Assembly (NCBI GenBank): GCA_976226885.1 | Contig: OZ320317.1 | Coordinates: 50,034,001 to 50,098,000, forward strand | Direction: 5' to 3' | Source: Iphione sp. A-MEVVRFRX5 | Lineage: Eukaryota | Length of the DNA: 64,000 nucleotides | Shown here: positions 40,401 through 50,226 of the stretch, one piece after another | Layout: each line of letters opens with the position of its first letter | Position numbering within the stretch: position 1 is the stretch's first letter | Program-made: the position numbers and the translations under genes | Notes under the pieces: model-generated | What the model was told of the DNA's origin: nothing | Database searches by the model: none | Seen by the model: only the letters and a program-made list of their open reading frames with translations

Positions 40401-43400
40401 AGCTCCTTGTGCAAATGGAATCAGACTCTGGGATGCCATTAATAATATTGGTTTTACTGCTAAAAGTGGAACAGGAGATGATGCATCCGATATTCTTAAG
40501 GGTTCTGGAACTTCCTATATACCTGTTATGGATGCCAATAATCAAACAAAGGTCATATTTGAAACAACTTTCCCTGGAGGAATCACTGGCTTGTTGGACT
40601 TCAGTTTTGTTACTCGGGGTGGAGTAGAAGTTGTGATGGAAATTTATGGAGCAAATGGATTCAAGTACTTCTGGAATCAGGTATAGCCTAGAGTAAATTG
40701 ATTGAGACTGTGTTGCTTGATGTAATTTAGCATGTTAACAAGAATTGAACCTTAATTACTGATGTATAGTGAAAGTAAGTTATATTGTAATACAAAGTTT
40801 CACAAAAAAAGTTGTTTTTCCTTAGGGGCTATGATAAAAGTGTACATATGACCATATATTTATTCATTATAAGATAATTCCTGTAGTTTAGCTTTTGTGA
40901 TCTTGTATGAAATTTGTCATTAAAATGGTATTGAAACTTTATTTCTTTTTCCAGTTGACATTCCCTGATAGCAACCAGGAATACTATACTAAACCTACCA
41001 TTGGAACAGTAAACTATGCAGTTGGACATATTGATTTGATAATCACTGCTCAGAGCAACGAACCAGTCCTCAAAGACTTTATGGCTGAATTCTGTGAGGA
41101 GGTTACAACTACAGCAACAACCACTACCACAGCTGCTGTGGTAACAACTGCAACTCCTCCAACCCCAACAACAAGTATGTGGCTGTACACCCTGTTTACT
41201 CTCTTACTGAATCATATCAGAATGGCTCACAAACTTGAACCATGACTTTTCTAGTTTATTTTGGATAGTTTAATGTGATCTACAAGTACTGATATGATTT
41301 GAAAATAATTCCTTAATCAATGTGGATAATATCAGCAAAAGATATGCTAATGTTCTTTACCTGGAAACTGTGATAAATATATAAGTCTAAGAATGAAGTT
41401 AAAATGTGATATGTATGTTTGTTTTTCCTACATATATGTCAAATTACAATCTGATTGAATGACTAAATAAAGATATTTTAGTCTATGTTTATACATGTTT
41501 CATTCCTTTACTTATCATATATTGTATTTTTTAAGAATAATTCCATTCACCTCATTTTTAATAATATTTTTAACTTTCAAGCTCCATGTGCTAATGGAAT
41601 CCACCTTTGGGATAGCAGTAATACACTTGGATTTACTGTTGAAAGTGAGACAGGACAAGATGCATCTGATATCTTAAAGGGATCAGGAACATCTTACAGT
41701 CCAGTGCCAGATGCTAACAACCAGACAAAGGTCATCTTTGAAGTAACTACTCCTGGAGGAATTACAGGACTTCTTGACTTTGATTTTATTGTACAAGGTG
41801 GAATATCTGTGATAATAGAAATCTATGGCCCAAATGGTTTCAAATATTTCTGGCATCAGGTAAGTAATTTCATTAAATTGATGCAAGTATTTTGTAGATT
41901 TGTACTCCTATGGCATACATTTGACCACCTTTCTAGAAGACTAGGTATAATATGAAACAGAAAAACAGTAACAGCAAATACATTAAACAGAAGTGATCGA
42001 TATATATGAAGCTTTTATCATGTAGATAGATAGAAACAAATGTTAGCATATTTTATAGAAAGTTTTTAAGTTATTTATGTGTATTAATATAACATGCAAG
42101 TTGACATTGAAGTTTATTTAATATTTTACAGCTCAGCTACCCTGACAGTAACCAGGAATACTTTTCTAATCCATCTCTTGGAACAATCACCTATCCAGTT
42201 GGTAAAATTGAGTTGACAATTACATCCCAAAATTATCAGCCTGTACTAAAGGACTTTATGGCTGAATTCTGTGAAGAAGTAACAACAACAGAAACTACAA
42301 CAACTACATCAGGAGAAATGACCACTGCTACACCTCCCACAATATCAGTTACAAGTACTACTAGTGTACCTGGAACAACATCTACTGTAGGAACAACATC
42401 AACAGGAGTGACAGGATCAAGCACAACTGGAGTGACTGGCACTACTACTACTGGTGTAACTGGGACCACTAGTGTCACTGGCACTACAACAACAACTGGT
42501 GTGACTGGAACAACAACTGGTTTAACTGGATCAACAGGAGTGACTGGTACAACCACTACTGGTGTGACAGGCACCACTACTACGGTGTCTGGAACTACCA
42601 CAACACCAGGTGTACATGTGACAACAACAACATCCTCTGTAGGAACAACATCAACAGGAGTGACAGGTTCAAGCACAACTGGAGTGACTGGCCATACCCC
42701 AATCACAACTACAACAACAGGTGTCACAGGAACAACATCAACACTTACAATTCCCACAACTACTACAGGTTTACTAAGTTCGACAACAACTGGAATAACT
42801 GGAAGTACTATCTTCACAACAACACCCACTACAATCACATTCTTCTCAACAGAATCGACAACGATGTCAACTCAGAATGTAACAACTGTCACAGGTGTGT
42901 GTACTGAATAATATTTCGTCAAGTTGAATGTATTTGATATGAGGTGACAACGAAAATATCGTGAGCTTCTTTGATTCAATTGTGTGAGCCAGTAAACAAT
43001 TATAACATTCTCCTGTAATCGTTTAAACAGTTCCCGTGAGTACCACGACGATGCCGACCACCACCACGACGATTGTGTCAACGACCACCTTCCTAAACGC
43101 CACTACGTCGCCATCCGTTTGTGTTTTCGACGCCGCCGCCTATGAGGCAATCTTTGGTCACCCCCCTAGTGAAAATGGTCCGATGGCATGGATCGAGAAA
43201 GACAATATCGTTGGTTACAGCTCGACGGCCGAGCAGCTGCACTTGGGTGACCTGCTGCAGGTCGGCGTACAGATGCATACCGATTGTCGTGTATGGTAAG
43301 TTTGGCCAGCTTTACAGCTACGCAGACGCGTGCTCATTTTGACGGGGATATAAACTTTTTCCTAAGCAACATATGTCAATGAGATAGACACGCAGATCAT

Positions 43401-46400
43401 AGACGCATTACGCATATTTGTATGGGTTAGGGTGACCCAAAAACCGGGCCCCAAAAACATTTCATGTGCCAATTAAGTGGCGATTTACCGGTTTATTTGA
43501 GAGCTTTATTTACAGACATTAAGAAAAGTGACAACTTACGTTTTGTTTTGTCCGTTTCAGCGAGTGTGACGAGAACCAGCAGATCATATGCGGCAACAGC
43601 GAATGTCTTGGTAAGTTTCAGATTTGATCACTTGTAAAATGATTTCATAGAACTAAAGGTGTTAACGTTGATGGTTAGTAGAAGTTCGGGTAAATTTACA
43701 GTGTTCATGCTAGTGCAGATTTATACTTACCTTCGTTGACTCTTGTGAGTGTGTTCATTTGTGTAAATGAATGTTGGAGTTTCACGTTGCAAAGTTCAAA
43801 ACCTATGGCCCTTTTCCTTCTTACCGCCCTATCAGATTGTGAATGGTACGAATGGAGCCCTTGGTCGGACTGTTCGGCTGAGTGTGGACAGGGCATGCGC
43901 AACCGGACACGTGGATTCCGGCCGGCAGAACCTGGAGGCATGCCATGCAGTCCTAACCCTGGAAGCACCCAGGTTGAGATTTGTAACATCAATCCGTGCG
44001 GCGGTAAGTAGCAAATTCAGTCTGGAACGTTAAGTAGGAGCTACGCGCTTTATAAAGCGTAACAAACAATACCTTTGCTATTTCACCTTTGGTTAGACGC
44101 AAAGATATTTTTAGTGAAAACTTGACTGTAATAACTATCATATTTCACTACCACTTAACCACATCCCGATCCCTCCTAATCTTCTCGCCCATCACGCTCT
44201 GGAGTGAACAACTAGCCCTCTTGCTGTTCCATGCCTTACCGAGTCAACTGTTCCATTCTCCTCTTCTTAGGAATCTCTTGCTGACCTGTCGTTGTAACAT
44301 TTTTTGTAGGATGTGAATGGACGTCTTGGACCAGTTGGAGCAACTGCTCCGTCGATTGTGGCGGCACCCGTATCCGTCATCGCTCCAAAGACTTCAGCGT
44401 CAATAATGGCGAGGAATGCACAGGCTGCGACACGGAGACGGAGAGCTGCGAGGTGCCTACCAGTTGTAACGATACAGGTAAAATGGACTCTCTGGTTCAC
44501 TGCAGTTGTACTGCCCGAGATTCTAAAACTCAATACATGTATCGAGGATTCTTTGAGGATCGTTGTCATCTGGCACACATGTTAAAAAGTACCACATGCC
44601 CTTTAGATAACAATATGCATTGTACACAGCAAAGCATCAGATCCAACGTAAATACAACAAGCAAACCTTCTGAGGCTTTGTCATGCCACATTATCCTCAC
44701 TTATATTTCACGGTTGAAATAACGGCTCATTGTCACCACTAGCTAAGTAGCACGGACTGTCTAAAGACTGCTAATGAATTGCTTACGAACTTCTCACTGG
44801 CCATCAACTGATCACCAACTATTAATCTCTCCTCGACTGCCCAATCACAACGCGTTGACCCTTCACTGCACTGCGTTCCTGTGTGTTTAGTGTGTGTCTG
44901 GCCCCGGGTGTGGACGGGCTGTGAGAACTACACGCACTGCCCGGCTAGCTGCGCCGACTACCGCGAGGAGACGAACTGTGTGGAGCCTGAGGCATGCGAG
45001 CCCGCCTGCCGCTGTCCACTGGGAACCGTAAGTTCACTCCCGTCATCACTTATCCAGGTTACCTACATCCCTCCCCGTTCAAGAAGCTCGTAGATCCTAC
45101 AGTAATCTCCTCTTATTCGAATATCCATAAATGTTCGCTTCCCTGTCTCTTGATGGAATTTATGTTGTCGTGGGGTTCTTTTGCATTGCTTTAAAGCGAA
45201 AAAAAGGTTTATTACCATTGGCACAGAAGGTAGTTTTTTAAAGTCTCGGTGCTGAATCTTCAGTGGAGTTCTGTTAAATAAATGTGGTGTGTTGGTTAAA
45301 AGCCTTGTAAAACGAACGTGCAGAGTTCTATTATGTGCTTCGAAAACCTGCCAATGCACGCACTAACGCCTGACCACTAGATTGTACTATAATGGTCCTG
45401 GTTGTACGTTATTCCAGGTTGAGAACGGATATGGGGACTGTGTCCACGTGACCGAGTGTCCGTGCATCGACTCTTTTGGAAATGTCTTCTCTCCTGGCTT
45501 CAGGAACGAATCAGAGTGTGAAATCTGGTCAGTGAACAAAGTTTGATGTACCGAGACTAAATGATGTATCGTTTTCATGAATTTTATCCGAGTGATGTTA
45601 TCAGACACTGGGCTTTTTCTTTAATTTATAATCAAATAGATCTGGCTGTTCACACCTTTGTTGTGGTTTCATTGCAGTGAGTGCCACATGGGAACTTACA
45701 ACTGTACACCCAAAGATTGCGACGGTAAGACAAGTTCACTTGTAATTCTTATATCAGCATCATATCACATTTTGAAAATCAGTGGTAGGACTTTCCATTC
45801 CACCTCTACTTTGATGCTCGTCTATTTATACTGACTTGGAGGTGGTGTTCTCTGTTTATAGTTGACTGTGGCTACACGGAGTGGGCGGAGTGGAGCGACT
45901 GTTCATCCAACTGTGGTGGCGTCCAATTCAGGACAAGGTAAGTTCATGCCATATTAACGGCCTATAAGCTTTGTTTATTTAGACACATCTGATAGAGGAT
46001 ACGGTGACACATACTACTCAAGGTGCTGTGCAAGTACATGTACATACCAGTAGATGTGTGTATGTACATGTACTCACATGTGTGTTTAATTGAAGCTACA
46101 GTTATTTCTTTTGAGGCAGGAAAAGGACATAAGGACACATTATGCCCGTACACATCCACCTTTATTGAGTTATGAAAGAGAACAAAATTGTTAGCTTACA
46201 GTTCTTAAGCACAAAAATAGTGATCTAGATCTTTCTTTACGTGTGGTAATCTGCGGTGCTGCCCTCTGCAGAAAGATACAGGCAACCAATGAAAATACCC
46301 GCAACTTGGCTAATAAAGACCAGAAAAGCGGTTATTTGTATAACGTCAATGCCCGCGGACATGTTCATTTGTTAAAGGAGATACCGAAAGGTCTCCTTCC

Positions 46401-49400
46401 AGTGGTAGTGCTGTGCCTTCCTCTCGTAGTCTGTTAATGTTGATCCCAGAAACTTTCTTTTATTCCCTCCTATACATGTACTCATTAACCATGTTTAGCC
46501 CCCCTCCCCACCCGCAAGTTTCTCTTCTCTTTCAACCAATATCAATAATATTTCCACAGGAGAAATGATACACTGCGATATGTCTTGTACTGTAGACAAT
46601 TACTGATATGTCTGTTTGATTGGATTTCATCACTCATTTGTGACTTCCATATCGACAGGTCTGACAATCACCCTCCAGCTCAAGGCAATGGCACGCTATG
46701 CGAGGACCCTGAGTCAGAGTCGCGACCATGCAATGTGAATCCTGATGGATGTTTCTGTACTGATGCGCATGGCAACACTTACGATATATATGAGACTATC
46801 AACTGTACTGAGTGTAGCATCTGGTAAGAAATCTCACCGCATGTTAGCTCTGAGCACATGGAGTGCCCATCGAAATTTTCCTTGCTGTTTAAATTGAATT
46901 TTTATACATTGGTATTTATGAATAATGATCAAGCAATTTTTATAACTTATTATTTTACCGAATTCTAGTAAATCTAGTAATTTTGCGAAATTGAAACTTC
47001 GTTAGTCCCACAATTTATCGACATGACAATAGCTTGGAAAAAAATGAATGTAGCACATCGACGGTGTACATATAGATACTTCGATCTATGTATACCTCTA
47101 GTTGCCCTTGAGAAACGTTTTTTTATGAACCCATTTGATTTTACAGCTACTGTGACCAAAATCTTGACATAGTGTGCGAAGTGCCGCCTGATCGTGTTGG
47201 TGAGTAGACAATTCAGTCGCATATAAAGATGTGTTATTTCGAAGTGAGCTCAATCTGTCCGAAATGTAACTGATATTACATACAGTGGTCAGTATCGAAT
47301 CTGATTTTCCGCCTGTTAACATCGTTGTAATCCCTTGACTCATAATAACCCTAATCAGCATATCTGCAAATGACTGTTGCAAATGACTCTGTCTCAGACA
47401 CAAAACGCATCGTAATGGCAGACATCGGAACCCCAAACACACAGAGCAGTGGTTTTTTGGTCAAAATGTTCCTTGTCCGGTTAATTTTAATTACGAGACT
47501 TAATAACGCCACGGTTGATTCAGCAACATTTTTTACCCGTTTAATGCAAACAAATTCAATCTTTTTTTGCTACCATGGCCCATAAAGTGTATTAGGGGCT
47601 GGTATATCCTCAGGACTTTAAAAGCCGACAGCATCAATATCAACGGCTGGGGATAGAATAATGGATGACTTTACAGGTCTCTAGTGTGGAAAACCCTCAC
47701 GGGCTGTCGCCGCAGTCAGTGGGCGCGCTCTTAAATTGTTATTATGAAGCGACCGCGGGGAATGCTACCAGTCTTTCAACTTAGTCTACATTTTCTTTGC
47801 TTAAAGTGAACGGGAACTATTCAGAGTGGAGTGAGTGGAGCACTTGTAGCGCCACCTGTGGCGATCATGGAGTCCGCTTCCGTACACGTCTGTGTAACAG
47901 CCCGTCACCCAAATGTGGAGGGAACGCCTGTGACGGACCATCCTTCGAGCATGAGCCGTGTAACAACGTAACGTGCTCTACAACGACGACGGCCACTACT
48001 TCCAGTGCTACCACCACTACGACCGCTCTGCCTCCCTCTACCACTAATGGCACTCAACCAACTACCACATCACAAGGTAATACCATGAGTTTCCATCTGA
48101 CCATGTTTAGTGGATATACATGTACATCAAGAGGTGATATTACTAGCAATCGTGGTAATAGAAAGAAAGGTGCATATGTACATTAGTAAGAAAAGAGTGA
48201 AAGTATTTTTGGAAATTATATACGAGCCAAATAGATTCAGTAAAGGGAATTTCATCTTGAAAATGCGTTCGATTCGTTGGACAGTATGCGGGGAGAATGA
48301 GCACTGGGTGGACGTACACTGTGAGCAGACGTGTGAACATCCGGGCCTCGTCAACTACACCGAGTGCCAGACACAGGTCCTCTACCAGGACTGCGCATGC
48401 GTACCTGGCTTCTTCCGACATGGTAATGGCACCTGCGTGCCTATTGAAGAGTGTGTCGTCTGCATGATCGACGGCGAGGTAAATATATAGCGTTCGATTG
48501 ATGTTGCATATTTGATAATTGGTGATTGAATTTATTTCATAGAAGATTGCTACGGGCGCCTTTTGCCAATATATTCGACTCTGAGAGTCATCACTTGCAA
48601 TCAATTGAGTGATTACTAATATAAATCCGAGACGAATAACTTGTTACATTGCTTAATATAAAACTTATTTAATTGTTTGTCTAACAAAGTATATTATATA
48701 AAACCTTTGCTTAAAAGGGTACTTGTCTATCATATTTACTATTCACATTTTGTATTTGCAATTTGAATTCGGTATCAACAACTTTATTCGCTTAAAATTT
48801 CGCTTAAACACATAAATAATACCATGAAGTCATGATTTTGGGGTCCTGGCTCAAGACGGGTACAATGATTTCGAAACGGTGTTACTCATACCTCTTCTCA
48901 TTTCTTTCTCATAGGAGAAGACTGGCACTTGGCAGAACGAGACTGACCCTTGCTTATACCACGAGTGTTTATATGGAGAGGTGCAGACCACCAACATTAC
49001 CGGTACCTGCTCTTGTCCCGAGGTAAGATCATCTAACGTACGGTAACGATACTCATCAGACCGACCACAGTCGTTTCAGAAATAATCTTATCTAAATAGT
49101 TATTCACTTCAAGAGGACTACGAAAATTTTATGCGATCTTCATTCATTTAAAGGCCCGCGTCAAATAGAAACTATTTTTGTCTCGTTTTAATTAATTTCT
49201 CCCATGATGCATTGATTATAAATTTGATATGCAGAAAGTTGTCAAGTAAGTTCATTTCTCTGTGCAAGTTTATTCTTTTCATAATGCTGTACTAAGTGAA
49301 CTCATTTGATTTTCCTGCTGTGTGCACTATTGTAGAACTACACGTTGGCACCACCGACTGCCGACCAGTGCTGTAACTGCAAGCCCATCGAAGGTAAGAA

Positions 49401-50152
49401 ATCTAAGTAGAATATTCGGCTTGCTGAGAAAATTGTTTCAAGATTTTCTCTTTTAAATGTGAATTATGAGTGACAGATGGAAAGATAATACGTAAAGATT
49501 GTACATAGATACATATCGAGTTACTAAACAAGGCTAGATATTTGACTAACTAAACCTTTGAAGCCAAACCGGATATATACTGGAATTTATCTAATACTGC
49601 CGATCAGATATATCTACAAGATACCTATGCATATCTGTCTGTAATTCATTCCGATACATGAATAACTCGACAAAACTGAGATGAGATCCTCCCGCTAAGC
49701 TAGATTTGTTTCTGTCATTTAAATTTTTTTCCTGATTGCAGTTGTGACTAAGTGCACGACGAAGGTGTCGACACGCTACATCAACGTGACCGACGAAGGC
49801 GGCCAGGTGTGCCTGTCCCCGGCTCCGGTCAACATCTCCTACTGCTCCGGCTACTGCCCATCAATGGATGCCAGTACCATTCGCTTCAAGGACACCTCCT
49901 ACGAGGTAAGCCTTTCTTATCTATACCTTAGATCAGACCACTGTTCCTTCCCACCGACTGCACCTATTGCCCTTGCACCACCAGTCTAATTTGTTTTCGT
50001 TCATAACAAGGACCAGCCTTTCAAATGTTGGTATATCTGTATCCTATCTGTTTCTGTGCTAGCTGTGAAGACGACTACCCACCTCTTTGCCCCTGTCCGG
50101 GTGTAGATCTGTCTGTCTGATTTTCGGTCTGTCTGTCTTTTTGTCTGTCTGG

Positions 50153-50226
<74 letters not shown>

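Noticed and set aside
14361-42838. Very long Val-rich minus-strand ORFs (for example 14667-16457, 19147-20961, 28801-32319, 37998-39866)
   Set aside because: They are the in-register antisense of ACN-rich Thr repeats, which cannot generate stops. They coincide with the sense exons and have no independent features.
46558-46658. Upstream in-frame acceptor (ccacag at 46559) that would lengthen exon 46659-46823
   Set aside because: It would insert 33 intron-like residues in the middle of a TSP1 repeat; the 46658 acceptor gives normal TSP1 spacing.
49050-49085. Minus-strand GAAAC-hairpin-CTGATGAG resembling a hammerhead
   Set aside because: There is no room for stem I between the cleavage triplet and CUGAUGA and no closing stem II, so the topology cannot form.
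244-49989. Start codons and intron-extended ends of the many short + strand ORFs in the track as separate small genes
   Set aside because: They are single exons of the mucin read into flanking introns; splice sites and phases join them into one frame.
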